A stretch of DNA of 64,000 bases from Candidatus Latescibacterota bacterium (GCA_965200315.1 OZ241362.1:2112001-2176000); one strand, 5' to 3'; positions 9,725-19,519 are shown, counted from the stretch's first letter. Notes: generated by a model not told the origin, from the sequence alone. Program-made: numbers and translations.

Positions 9725-11332
9725 TCAAAACTGCCGCTCACCATCAATGGCCGCATCCCAACGCTGCGAGTACAGGTAGTCCAGCGCGGCCTGCGTGGCT
9801 GTGGGCGAGCCAATCTGTTGCAGGGCATTGAGCGCGAACGCGCCCACGTGACCGCAGGAATCGTCGAGGGCCCTGAAGAGCTGGGGTTCCAACGGAGCCG
9901 CGGCTTGACCGAGCTGGGCGCACGCTATCGCCGCGTTGGTCCGCACCTGATCGCGCGGCACCCAGCGGCGGCCAGCTTCCTCCCGCCAATTTGGGTGATC
10001 GGCCGAGAGCATTCGCCCCAAGGCTTCTACCGGTATGTCTTGCGCGATATTGCCCAGCGCGACGAGGGCCGTGCGCACCAAGCGATGCGAGCCGTCTTCG
10101 AGGCTCCGCGTCAGCGCCGGGACCGCAGCCACTGCGTGCGAATCCATTTCGCCGAGGGCAAAGGCGGCGTTGACTTGCGTCCACTCGCTTTCGTCCGCCA
10201 ACAGCGCACAAAGCACCTCAACCGCCGGTTCGCCAACAGCCGCGAGGGCCTGCGCCGCGTCCTCCATGTTAGTCGCCCCCTCGTTCCAAGCAGGCGGTGC
10301 CTCGTGTTGGTCGGCCTCACGACCTGCTGAGCGCAACGCTTTGGCCAGTGGCGCGACCGCGGGCTCGCCGATCGCGCCCAGCGCGTAGGTCGCTGCCGTG
10401 CGCATGGCTTGGTGATCGGTGCCCAAGCACTCGACTAGCACGGGTACGGCTGCAGCCGCGTCAACGCCGAATCCAGCCAATTGCTGTGCCGCCGCCAGCC
10501 GCTGTGCCAAGTCCACCTCTGGATCGAGCTGAGCGATGAGTGCCGCCACGTCTCCAGTGGCCTGTGGCCAGCTATCGTAGCGATCCTGCTTGCCGCAGAG
10601 CCAGTCCCAAGTGTGCGCCCAAGCCAACTCCAGATCGTAGGGAGACTCAATCCGCTGGGGCTTTTGCCAGTGCATGCTTTTGCAGCCCCAAGTCGGTGCC
10701 GTCGGCTCGGAGGCTCGCATGTAGATGAACTTTATCATGTGCCGATGCCTCGGTAGCAGGCTGACGCCAGCCGCGTGGCCCACGTCAAAGTGCGTCAGGG
10801 ACACCGTGCCGGCCCGACCGGCCAATGGCAAGGCGCGTGCGCGGTCTTCGTCGGTCAGTCCGCGATTGAACTGCGTACCCGGAATCACGTGCGTCGGCCC
10901 CAACTCGACCGGCGCATCCTGAGGGTAGTACATGATCCGCGCATAGCGCAGATAGTGCTGGCGCGGGTGGCCCATCGGCGTGTACCCATCCTGATGGCAG
11001 TTGCGGCGCAGCCTTTCTTCGGCTTCGGCCGCAGGCACAGCTCCCTCCACCGGCTTGAGCGGATGGCAGTAGCGGTGCGGATGCTCCAAGTAGTTCGGGC
11101 CTAAGACGCTGATGAGTGCGCCGCGCACCTCGGGCGAGTTGAGCACGTGGCGCATGGCCGGTACACGCGGCAGAATGTTGTTGCCCGGGTTGAGCTCGGA
11201 ATCGATGATTTGGTTGAGCCGCTCATAGCACGCTTCGTGCGTCCCCGCGGGCACGGTCGGCTCAAAGACCAGATAGCCATTAGCAATAAACTCGCGCATC
11301 TGCTCGTCGGTGAGCAAAATCGGGTCGGTCAT
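9725..11332 (-). CDS. Phytanoyl-CoA dioxygenase-like (PhyH) domain fused to HEAT repeats
   Basis: 'LTDEQMREFIANGY', HxD 'HQD', 'GPTHVIPGT', distal His; C-terminal HEAT repeats 'AATYALGAIG', 'AAFALGEM'. Confidence 0.85.
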   Translation of the reverse strand: MTDPILLTDEQMREFIANGYLVFEPTVPAGTHEACYERLNQIIDSELNPGNNILPRVPAMRHVLNSPEVRGALISVLGPNYLEHPHRYCHPLKPVEGAVPAAEAEERLRRNCHQDGYTPMGHPRQHYLRYARIMYYPQDAPVELGPTHVIPGTQFNRGLTDEDRARALPLAGRAGTVSLTHFDVGHAAGVSLLPRHRHMIKFIYMRASEPTAPTWGCKSMHWQKPQRIESPYDLELAWAHTWDWLCGKQDRYDSWPQATGDVAALIAQLDPEVDLAQRLAAAQQLAGFGVDAAAAVPVLVECLGTDHQAMRTAATYALGAIGEPAVAPLAKALRSAGREADQHEAPPAWNEGATNMEDAAQALAAVGEPAVEVLCALLADESEWTQVNAAFALGEMDSHAVAAVPALTRSLEDGSHRLVRTALVALGNIAQDIPVEALGRMLSADHPNWREEAGRRWVPRDQVRTNAAIACAQLGQAAAPLEPQLFRALDDSCGHVGAFALNALQQIGSPTATQAALDYLYSQRWDAAIDGERQF

Positions 11333-11441
11333 TGAGAATTCTCCTTTGGAAACCGCCTACTTGTTTTGCAAAGCGGTGGGAAGTGGTTAGTGATTAGTGA
11401 TTAGTCCACCCCTCACTACTCCAAGAAGGGGTGCGGTGGAC

Positions 11442-13337
11442 TCAAATCCGCACCTTCAGGGCCGCGGCCTTTAGCTGTTCGCAGCGGCGCGGCGCGTAGG
11501 GGGGCTGTTGGGTCTCGCGCAAATCAAAGCCAAAGGCGCGCTTGCTCAAGACGATGATCGGCGGCGCTTGAATCCGTTTGAAGTAGTTGGTCCGCACTTG
11601 GTGCTCCACCCATTCGAGGTCTTCGATCCAACTACGCGCATCTGGGAAGTACGCGTGGAAACGCGCCTCGTCGTCCCATTCCAACTTCTCTAGTAGTACG
11701 CCCTCTATAAACCACTGCAACAAATCGCTGCTGTGCCGCCGGTATTCGATGAACTGCCGCAGCACCGCGTCGTGGTATCCGTACTTGATCGGGTCGCCCA
11801 ATCCCTGCGTCACGTCTTGGGCCTCAGACAGCTCGGCACTGGGCACCACCGAGCCGTCGAGCAAATTCTCCGGCACCACGGCGCGGCCATAGACGGCCTC
11901 GTTGAGAAAGCGCGCCAGCGCAAAGACCTGCACCTTGTACAGATCGGCAATCGGCGCCACCGCGCCGCTGACATCTCCGTAGAGCGTGGCGTAGCCCAAG
12001 GCGACCTCGGTCTTGTTGCCGTTGGACGTGAACACGAGTCCGTATTTGGCCGCTAAGCCGGAGAGCACATCGGCAAAGCGGATGCGCGCCTGCACGTTCT
12101 CGTCCACCAGCCGCGTGTACTCGCCCTGACCCACGGAAAATTCCGCGCCCTGTACGAGAGCGGCTACAGCCTCGTATAGCGATTCGATTGGGCAGCATAG
12201 ATAGTCGACGCCCAGCGCGGCGCACAGCGAGCGAGCATTGTCTTGGGTGACGGCCGCATTGAAGCGCGTCGGCATGTTGACCGCAAACACGCGCTCTGGG
12301 CCAAAGGCGCACTCTAGCAGACAGCAGACCACGCTGGAGTCCACGCCGCCGCTCGTCGCAATGAGGAATTTGCTCTTTGCGCCGCGCATGTCGTCGAGGT
12401 GCCGCAGCCCGGTGAGGATGCCCGCGTACTGGGCTTCGATCTCGCTTTGGAGCGGCGCGACCTCGCCGCAGCCCGTGAGCACGAGCTGTTCCCGCCACGG
12501 ACGCGCACGGCACACAATGTCCCCATGGGCCGCATACGCAGTGCTGTCGCCGTCAAACACGATGATGTTCTTGCCGTTGTTTTGCGCTCCAACTTGGTTG
12601 ACGTAGAAAAACGGCAGGGGCGAGCGCGCCAATATCTGGCGCACCACGCGGTTGCGCTTGTCGCTTTTTTGCCAAGTAAAGGGCGAGGACGAAAGGTTGA
12701 ATACGGCCTCGGCCCCGCGCCGGCGATACAGCGCGAGCGTGTCGAGGGGCTGGCCGCTGTGGGAGTAGTCCTCGCACCACATGTCCTCGCATAGCTGGAC
12801 GCCAAAGCTAAAGGGCCGCCCGTCCTTGAGCCACACCTTGTATGGATGCAGCCAGTCCTCCAGCGGCCGGCCCTCAGCCTCAGCCAAGTGACGCAGCGAA
12901 AAAAAGTGCCGGTCGTCGTCAAAAAATCGGTAGTTGGGATGCAGGGTCTTGGGCTGGACGCCGCAGGGCAGGCCGGCGGGCACCGCGGCGCGCACCGCGT
13001 ACTCGCCGTTGGCGCACACATAGACGGCATTGTACTTGCGCCGCCGTCCATCTTGCCCCTTGTGGACAGAGTCCACCGCCACATTGCCAAAAATCACAGT
13101 CAACCCAGTGCTGGCCCGGCAAATAGCGTCGCTGTACCCGGCAAAATCCTCGACGTAAGCATCCAGCTCCCACAAGTCGCCGAGGATATAGCCGCTGATG
13201 CACAGCTCGGAAAACACCACGACCTCAGCGCCAGCCTCCCGCGCCTGCTCGATAAAGGCCAGCATCCGCTCCGCATTCAGGTCGGGTCGCCCGGGCTTGA
13301 CCTCCATCTGCACCAAGGCGATTGCGGGCAGACCCAT
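11442..13337 (-). CDS. nadE: Glutamine-dependent NAD+ synthetase
   Basis: N-terminal nitrilase domain (FSEL, CEDMW); 'SGGVDSS', 'ENVQAR', 'GNKTEVALGYATLYGD', 'PSAEL'; ATG overlaps the upstream stop (TGATG). Confidence 0.95.
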   Translation of the reverse strand: MGLPAIALVQMEVKPGRPDLNAERMLAFIEQAREAGAEVVVFSELCISGYILGDLWELDAYVEDFAGYSDAICRASTGLTVIFGNVAVDSVHKGQDGRRRKYNAVYVCANGEYAVRAAVPAGLPCGVQPKTLHPNYRFFDDDRHFFSLRHLAEAEGRPLEDWLHPYKVWLKDGRPFSFGVQLCEDMWCEDYSHSGQPLDTLALYRRRGAEAVFNLSSSPFTWQKSDKRNRVVRQILARSPLPFFYVNQVGAQNNGKNIIVFDGDSTAYAAHGDIVCRARPWREQLVLTGCGEVAPLQSEIEAQYAGILTGLRHLDDMRGAKSKFLIATSGGVDSSVVCCLLECAFGPERVFAVNMPTRFNAAVTQDNARSLCAALGVDYLCCPIESLYEAVAALVQGAEFSVGQGEYTRLVDENVQARIRFADVLSGLAAKYGLVFTSNGNKTEVALGYATLYGDVSGAVAPIADLYKVQVFALARFLNEAVYGRAVVPENLLDGSVVPSAELSEAQDVTQGLGDPIKYGYHDAVLRQFIEYRRHSSDLLQWFIEGVLLEKLEWDDEARFHAYFPDARSWIEDLEWVEHQVRTNYFKRIQAPPIIVLSKRAFGFDLRETQQPPYAPRRCEQLKAAALKVRI

Positions 13338-14464
13338 CAGGCCATCACGGGAACCCGCGCCTCGTGGATGCACTCGGCCAACACCGGTACGCCCTCGCGG
13401 ATGGCCTCCAGCGAGGCGAAGCCAAAAGCGAGGCGTATGGCCGGCACGTCCTCGCGCCGGATGTGGAAGCCTTGCCCCCGCGCCACCACAACGCCGCGCT
13501 CGGCACACAGGGCCATGAGGTGCGCGCGGTCCACCTCTTCTGGGAACTCGATCCAGATGAACATGCCGCCCACCGGTCGCGACCACGTGCAGAGCTCGCC
13601 GGCGTTTTCTTCGAGGCCGGCGAAGACCGCGTCGCGCTTTTCTCTGAGGATGGCGTTGGTCTCGGCCAAGTGCTGCCACAGTCGGTCGCGGAACAGGGCC
13701 GCGCAGCTAGCGGCCGCCAGCAAGCTGTTGCCCCCGTCGTAGCGGCGATCGAGGATCCGCCCCAACATGGGCGGCCGGGCCAACAAATAGCCCAAGCGCA
13801 CGCCGGGGCCCAAAATTTTGGACAGCGAGCCGATGTACAGGACGTTGGGGCTGTCGTCGAGCGCGTAGAGCGCCGGCTCTTCCGGGCCTTCAAAATGCAC
13901 GTCTCCGTAGCAGTTGTCTTCCACCACAATGGCATCGTAGTAACGCGCTACTTCGAGCAGTTCGAGGCGGCGCTGCCGCGGCATGACTGAGCCGGTGGGA
14001 TTCTGATAGGTTGCCAAGGTATAAATAAAGCGCGGCCGGGTGCCCTTGCGGTGCAAATCCGCCAAAACGTCGGCCAGCGCATCGACGCGCATCCCCTGCT
14101 CGTCGAGCGGCACCCCGACTAGCTCGGCTCCCAGCCGCTTGTAAGCGCCAATCGTCCCGGAATACGTCAATTCCTCGGTGACGATCACGTCCCCCGGCCC
14201 TTCCATCAGTGCCTCGGCTATTAGGGTAACCGCCTGCATGGAGCCGTTCATCAGCGCGATGTGGTCCGCAGACACGTCTAGGCCCTCGCGCTTGGATTCG
14301 CGCATGGCCATGACCTCGCGCAAGCCCTGATGGCCCATGTCGCCGGGATAGCTCACTAGCGCTGCGCCCAACTCGCGCACGGCTTCACTAGCGGCCTCGG
14401 CCAGCGCCTCCGTGGGGAACGAGCCGGGATCTGTGCGTCCACTGCCGAAATCGTATGTGTTCAT
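13337..14464 (-). CDS. PLP-dependent class I/II aminotransferase (Aro8/LysN/MocR-like, no HTH)
   Basis: 'YQNPTG', 'EDNCYG', PLP lysine 'SLSKILGPGVRLG'. Confidence 0.9.
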   Translation of the reverse strand: MNTYDFGSGRTDPGSFPTEALAEAASEAVRELGAALVSYPGDMGHQGLREVMAMRESKREGLDVSADHIALMNGSMQAVTLIAEALMEGPGDVIVTEELTYSGTIGAYKRLGAELVGVPLDEQGMRVDALADVLADLHRKGTRPRFIYTLATYQNPTGSVMPRQRRLELLEVARYYDAIVVEDNCYGDVHFEGPEEPALYALDDSPNVLYIGSLSKILGPGVRLGYLLARPPMLGRILDRRYDGGNSLLAAASCAALFRDRLWQHLAETNAILREKRDAVFAGLEENAGELCTWSRPVGGMFIWIEFPEEVDRAHLMALCAERGVVVARGQGFHIRREDVPAIRLAFGFASLEAIREGVPVLAECIHEARVPVMA

Positions 14465-14476
14465 AACATGCTCCTT

Positions 14477-15478
14477 TTAGAGTTCCAATCGCTTGAGTCG
14501 AGGGTTTTCAGTAAGCCCCGGTATCCGCCCTCGCTTGGCCACGGGGCGGCCATCTACTTCCTTAATGTCCGCAGTGAAATCTATCGCCGCGGCCGCGCTA
14601 ATCGCGCTGCCGACCCCAAACGCATCCACCGGTGCCCCTGCCGCCCGGAAATAACCAATTCGCTCGGCGTCTAAGCCGCCGGAGACCGCGATCTTTACAT
14701 GGCTATGCCCGGCTTGGTCGAGCCGCGCTCGCACCTCCGCGACCAACTCAGCCGTGACGCGGCCGCGCTCGCCGGGGGTGTCCAGCCGCACACCCCACAG
14801 CTTCTCGCCTAGGGCTTCTGCCAGCCGCAGGCTTTCTTCCGCTTCGTCCTTAAAGGTATCAACCAGTGCAATGCGCTCGACCTCGGCGTCGATGTGGCGA
14901 TCAAAGGCCTCGGCGGCCTTGAGCGTGTCGCCGAGGCACAAAATCAGGGCGTGAGGCATGGTTCCGGTGGCCGCGATGCCAGCGAGGGCGGCCCCTTGGG
15001 GGGTGGCGCAGCCAGCGCACCCTCCGACGATGGCCGCGTATTCCATCCGCGCACTGACCTCTGGATGGATATGCCGGGCACCGAAGCTGATGATCGGCAC
15101 TCCGTCGGCTGCGGCCACGCACTCCGCCGCAGCCGTGGTCCACCCGGTCTCGCTGCTGAGCATCCCCAACAGCGCCGTCTCGTACAGCCCGAACTGCCGG
15201 TAGGGTGCGCGAATTCGCAAGACGACCTCGTGCGGCTCGATCCAATCCCCTTCGTCCAAGCTCCACACCTCGGCCCCCTCGTCGAGTACCTGCCGCAAGA
15301 GAGCCTGCGCCTCGCGCAAGCCGCAGAGCCGGGCGTGCCGCCGAGTGAACACTTCCATCGCCACCACCGGATTGAGTTGCTCAGCCTCTAGGATGTCGCA
15401 ACTGCGGCGGAAGTAAATATCCGCGTTGTCGCCCGCCAGCGTCGCCGCCGAAGGCGCATATAGGTCGCGCTCTACCAT
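14477..15478 (-). CDS. pncB: Nicotinate phosphoribosyltransferase
   Basis: 'DIYF', 'SFGARH', 'GTMPHA', 'LVDTF', 'VRLDTP', 'SGGLD', 'FGVGS'; TGATG coupling. Confidence 0.92.
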   Translation of the reverse strand: MVERDLYAPSAATLAGDNADIYFRRSCDILEAEQLNPVVAMEVFTRRHARLCGLREAQALLRQVLDEGAEVWSLDEGDWIEPHEVVLRIRAPYRQFGLYETALLGMLSSETGWTTAAAECVAAADGVPIISFGARHIHPEVSARMEYAAIVGGCAGCATPQGAALAGIAATGTMPHALILCLGDTLKAAEAFDRHIDAEVERIALVDTFKDEAEESLRLAEALGEKLWGVRLDTPGERGRVTAELVAEVRARLDQAGHSHVKIAVSGGLDAERIGYFRAAGAPVDAFGVGSAISAAAAIDFTADIKEVDGRPVAKRGRIPGLTENPRLKRLEL

Positions 15479-16005
15479 CAGCGGTTGGTGACCTGTGCCC
15501 CGAGGATTTTTTCTATATGCCCCAAGGCCCATTCGTGTTGTTGGGGATCAAAGCTGGCGACGCAATCGGCCGGGACCTCGACCGGATAGTCGCGGTTGCG
15601 CAGCCCGGCTACCGTGTGCAGAACGCAAATATCCGTGCAATCGCCCATCACTACGACCTTGTCCGGCGCTAACTCATCCAACATCGCGGCCAACTCGGTC
15701 TCGAAAAAGGCACTGTAGCGCCGCTTTTTGACGATCTGCGCGTGTTGGGCCAACGGTGCCAGCTCGGCGATGATTTGCTCCTCCTCGCTGCCTTCGATGC
15801 AGTGAGGAGGAAACATCTCGAACTCGCGGTCATTTGCGCTGTGGCTGTCTTGCGTAAAGACCAGAAAGGCCCCAGCGGCTTTTTCGCGCTCGGCTCGTGC
15901 GGCGATTCGCGGGATAATGGCCCGCGCCTGATCCCCGCAGTAGAGCGTCCCGTCTGGCCGCATAAAGCCGTTCTGCATATCGACGACAATCACGGCATTA
16001 GCCAT
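15478..16005 (-). CDS. pncA: Nicotinamidase/isochorismatase-family cysteine hydrolase
   Basis: 'VVDMQNGF', 'DSH', 'PPHC', 'KRRYSAF', 'CTDICV'; adjacent to pncB. Confidence 0.88.
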   Translation of the reverse strand: MANAVIVVDMQNGFMRPDGTLYCGDQARAIIPRIAARAEREKAAGAFLVFTQDSHSANDREFEMFPPHCIEGSEEEQIIAELAPLAQHAQIVKKRRYSAFFETELAAMLDELAPDKVVVMGDCTDICVLHTVAGLRNRDYPVEVPADCVASFDPQQHEWALGHIEKILGAQVTNR

Positions 16006-16028
16006 CGCCTAATCCTCCGGTTTTAAGG

Positions 16029-16133
16029 TGCCGGCCTCACTACACGACAATCATCCAATGGATGTTACGAATGAGTATCTAGGTACACCGCGCCTTTAGG
16101 CGAGACAGCATCGTCGTGTACGTAGGTGCCGGC
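16029..16133 (-). ncRNA. Candidate structured leader RNA upstream of pncA
   Basis: Long closing stem (UACACGACGAU/AUUGUCGUGUA, extendable) enclosing CGCC-UAAA-GGCG and CAUCC-AUU-GGAUG hairpins; ends ~10 nt before the GGAGG SD. Confidence 0.4.
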
Positions 16134-16167
16134 TCTATGCGCAAAAATACAATCCCAACAGAGCGAT

Positions 16168-16593
16168 TCAAACCGGCTCAAGCCGATCCCCCACGATCCG
16201 CCGGTAGTAACAGCCCAACCGCGCCCGACCATCTACGTCCAATGTGTGGCAGGCCCCTTCTCCTTTGAGCCGCACGCGATACAGCAGCGAATTTTGCTCG
16301 CAGTTGACGCGGATTTCGACCAGTTCGAGCACATTGCCCGAGGTCGCGCCTTTGACCCACAACTCGTTGCGCGACGTGCTCCAAAACGCAGCCACGCCCT
16401 CGCGCCGCGTATAGTTCAGAGCCTCTTCATTGGCGTACCCCACGATCAGCACTTCGCCGCTATCCACATCCTGCACCGCCACCGGCACCAAGCCCTCACC
16501 ACAGGCCGCGGCCTGCTGCAACTTGCCAAAATCCAAGGCCAACCGCTGCCCTTCCTCCACTTCCTCGTGCGTCATATTCGCTCGTTCAACCAC
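16168..16593 (-). CDS. hisI: Phosphoribosyl-AMP cyclohydrolase
   Basis: 'FWSTSRNELWVKGATSGN', 'NCEQNSL', 'ACHT...CYYR'. Confidence 0.93.
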   Translation of the reverse strand: MVERANMTHEEVEEGQRLALDFGKLQQAAACGEGLVPVAVQDVDSGEVLIVGYANEEALNYTRREGVAAFWSTSRNELWVKGATSGNVLELVEIRVNCEQNSLLYRVRLKGEGACHTLDVDGRARLGCYYRRIVGDRLEPV

Positions 16594-16828
16594 GGCGATC
16601 TCCCCTAGTAAAAGCTCTTTTAACTAGACCTTGCCCGGCCTTCTAAGTCAACCCTATTTTACTAGTCCCCTTCCTACGAGGCTAGGGGTAGACGTTTAGA
16701 TGGATTGGTATGGATTTTCGGGATCGGCGGGGAACTCGGAAGGCGCGGAGACGTTTTTTAAGGCTTGGGCCGTACGCGGCCCGCCTAGAATTTTTCACGC
16801 TGTGAACCATCAAACAGGAGGCAGGAGC

Positions 16829-17104
16829 GTGAGCGAGCAACTTCCATCGCCGGAGCGGCCGTATCCGTTAGACCACGAAGGGCGCATCGCCCGGCTAGAG
16901 GGCATTGTCGAGCAAATCGACGCCCGGCTGGGCCGCATCGAAACCAAAATTGACGCCAACCGCGAGTCCCTCGAAACCAAAATTGACGCCAACCGCGAGT
17001 CCCTCGAAACCAAAATTGACCGGCTATACCGCTGGGCGATACCCCTCCAGCTAACGACGATCTTGGCAATCGCCGGGCTAGCGTTCAAGGCGTTTAGCGG
17101 CTAG
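16829..17104 (+). CDS. Small coiled-coil protein with C-terminal TM helix (DUF1640-like)
   Basis: SD GGAG then GTG; 11-aa repeats ETKIDANRESL; hydrophobic tail. Confidence 0.7.
   Translation: MSEQLPSPERPYPLDHEGRIARLEGIVEQIDARLGRIETKIDANRESLETKIDANRESLETKIDRLYRWAIPLQLTTILAIAGLAFKAFSG
16938..17020 (+). repeat. 33-bp tandem repeat, ~2.5 copies
   Basis: tcgaaaccaaaattgacgccaaccgcgagtccc repeated exactly. Confidence 0.95.
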
Positions 17105-17213
17105 CGTCGTCTAGTCGGTCAAGGACGAGCACAGATGGCGCAGATAGCCATCGTAGCGTATTAACCAGCGGTACACAATGCACATTTTTTCAGTCATTTA
17201 GGATTGCTATATC

Positions 17214-18488
17214 ATGCTTCTCGACACGGCCTACGAAATCGCCACCTCCAACATCCGCTTCGGCCCGGGCACCACCCAGGAGATCGGCATGGATCTGAAG
17301 GACCGGGGGCTGAAGCGGGTCATGGTATTGACCGACCCGAACTTGCGGGAGCAAGCACCTGTGCAGACGGCCTTGGCCGCCATTGCGGCGGCGGGCGTCG
17401 AGTATGCCCTGTTCGACCAAGTGCGCGTCGAGCCGACCGACGCCTCGTTCAAAGCGGCGATCGCGTACGCCCAACAAGGGTTTGACGGGTTCGTCGCCGT
17501 CGGCGGCGGGTCGGTGATGGACACAGCCAAAGCCGCCAACGTGTACACCACCTATCCGGCCGATTTCCTTACCTACGTCAACGCGCCCATTGGCCGGGGG
17601 GAGCCTGTGCCCGGCCCGCTCAAGCCGCTGATCGCCGTTCCCACCACCGCCGGCACCGGCAGTGAGACCACGGGCGTGGCGATTTTCGATTTTGTCGAGA
17701 TGAAGGCCAAGACCGGCATGGCCCACCGCTACATGCGCCCGACCTTGGGGATCGTCGATCCAGACAACATGCGCTCCATGCCGCCGCAGGTGGCCGCTTC
17801 AACCGGCCTCGACGTGCTCTCACACGCCTTGGAGTCCTACACGGCCCTGCCGTTTAACCAGCGGCCCCGACCCGACCGCCCCCAACTGCGACCGGCCTAC
17901 CAAGGCTCAAACCCCATCAGCGACTTGTGGGCGCTGGAGGCGTTGCGGCTGGTGGCGCAATTTTTGCCCCGTGCCGTGGCCGACCCCAGCGACGACGAGG
18001 CCCGCAGCGCGATGAGTTTGGCCGCAGCCCTCGCCGGCATTGGCTTTGGCAACGCCGGTGTCCACCTCCCGCACGGCATGTCCTATCCGGTGGCTGGCAT
18101 GGTGGAAAGCTATGTGCCCGCGGGATACGCCATCGATTACCCGCTGGTGCCGCACGGGTTTGCCGTGATCGTCAACTCGCCTGCCGTCTTTCGCTTCACC
18201 GCACCGACTTGTCCCCAGCGGCATCTGCGGGCGGCCGAAGTCTTGGGGGCCGATTGCAGCGGAGCTAAAGACGAGGACGCGGGCGCGATCTTGGCCGACC
18301 GCATCGTCTCCCTGATGCGCCAACTCGGCGCACCCAACGGCCTCAGCGCCCTCGGCTACGGGAGCCGGCACATCCCGTCCCTCGTCGAGGGCACACTGCC
18401 GCAGCACCGAGTGACCAAGCTCTCGCCGCGAGCAGCCGACGCCGAGGCACTGGCGGGGATTTTTGCAGACGCGCTGCGCTACTGGTAG
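17214..18488 (+). CDS. Hydroxyacid-oxoacid transhydrogenase (Fe-ADH family)
   Basis: 'GGGSVMDTAKA', 'PTTAGTGSETT', 'RPAYQGSNPISD', 'HLPHGMSYPV', 'VPHG'. Confidence 0.9.
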   Translation: MLLDTAYEIATSNIRFGPGTTQEIGMDLKDRGLKRVMVLTDPNLREQAPVQTALAAIAAAGVEYALFDQVRVEPTDASFKAAIAYAQQGFDGFVAVGGGSVMDTAKAANVYTTYPADFLTYVNAPIGRGEPVPGPLKPLIAVPTTAGTGSETTGVAIFDFVEMKAKTGMAHRYMRPTLGIVDPDNMRSMPPQVAASTGLDVLSHALESYTALPFNQRPRPDRPQLRPAYQGSNPISDLWALEALRLVAQFLPRAVADPSDDEARSAMSLAAALAGIGFGNAGVHLPHGMSYPVAGMVESYVPAGYAIDYPLVPHGFAVIVNSPAVFRFTAPTCPQRHLRAAEVLGADCSGAKDEDAGAILADRIVSLMRQLGAPNGLSALGYGSRHIPSLVEGTLPQHRVTKLSPRAADAEALAGIFADALRYW

Positions 18489-18500
18489 GAAGCCCCCCAA

Positions 18501-18635
18501 GAAGCTGTCTGAAAACCCCTGTCGTGTCGCGTTGCGGAACGGCCGAGTGCCGGTTGCATCCCGCGTGTTTCGAGGACAAGATGCCCTCGATCCCAGCGGC
18601 TGGAGAGACCTAACCCGGAATTTTCGGAGAGCTTC
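18501..18635. mobile_element. MITE, 135 bp
   Basis: Terminal inverted repeats gaagctgtctgaaaa / ttttcggagagcttc (13/15) flanked by CAA on both sides. Confidence 0.7.
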
Positions 18636-18731
18636 CAAGCAGAGGTCTCCCACATTCTGTTCATTGTCGAGTTTCCTCGGCATGTTAGTATATTGTGAAA
18701 AATTCGATTTAAGGCTAGGAGGCAATCCGGC

Positions 18732-19346
18732 ATGGACCGCGTTTTCATTTATTGGGACAACTCCAATATCTTCCACGAGGCACAACGGCTGGCGGAAGAA
18801 CGACGCGAAGGGGCCCGCGTACGCGTCAACTTTGACAATATACTGCGCCTAGCGCACGCCGACCGCCCACTGAAAAAGGCACTTGCCACCGGCTCCGTGC
18901 CGCCAGAAATGCGCCAGTTGTGGAATCGAATGGAGGGCAAGGGGGTAGAAGTCCAACTGTTCGACCGAGGCAGCTCCGGGCGTGGCGAACAGGAAATGCC
19001 CGACCGGGTATTGCAGTTGCGTATGCTGGAAGATGCGCTGGATTACAACGGCAATCCCGGCATCGTGGTGTTGCTGACAGGTGACGGTGCTGGCTATCTC
19101 GAAGGTGCGGGTTTTCACAGCACGTTGGAGCGCATGCACAAGCGCGGTTGGCGGATAGAAATCCTGTCATGGGCGCATTCTTGCAACCAGCGGATGCGCA
19201 AATGGGCGCAAGAAAACGGCATATTTGTCGCGTTAGACGACTTCTACGAGGCCATTACGTTCATGGAACCGTCCAGATCGGGAGCGGAGCTTGCCTCCGC
19301 ACGTGATTCCGCGGAATTGGACCTGTCGCAGAGGCCGATGGCCTGA
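18732..19346 (+). CDS. NYN (LabA/DUF88, PIN-like) domain protein
   Basis: 'FIYWDNSNI', 'EQEMPD', 'LLTGDG'. Confidence 0.85.
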   Translation: MDRVFIYWDNSNIFHEAQRLAEERREGARVRVNFDNILRLAHADRPLKKALATGSVPPEMRQLWNRMEGKGVEVQLFDRGSSGRGEQEMPDRVLQLRMLEDALDYNGNPGIVVLLTGDGAGYLEGAGFHSTLERMHKRGWRIEILSWAHSCNQRMRKWAQENGIFVALDDFYEAITFMEPSRSGAELASARDSAELDLSQRPMA

Positions 19347-19519
19347 TTGGGGAAGCGATGGCGGCACTTCCTCTCGCCGCGCTCCATTCGTGTCGTCCTG
19401 CGATTTCTCAACAAATCCGTTGACAATAATTTTGTTGAATAGTGCTTTACCTCTCCTCGACAACTCTGCTGACAAACGGATATATGGTGGCCTGAAGTTG
19501 AGGACGCAAAGTTATAGCC

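Noticed and set aside
16938-17020. Possible CRISPR array
   Set aside because: Contiguous in-frame repeats without spacers; no cas genes in the window
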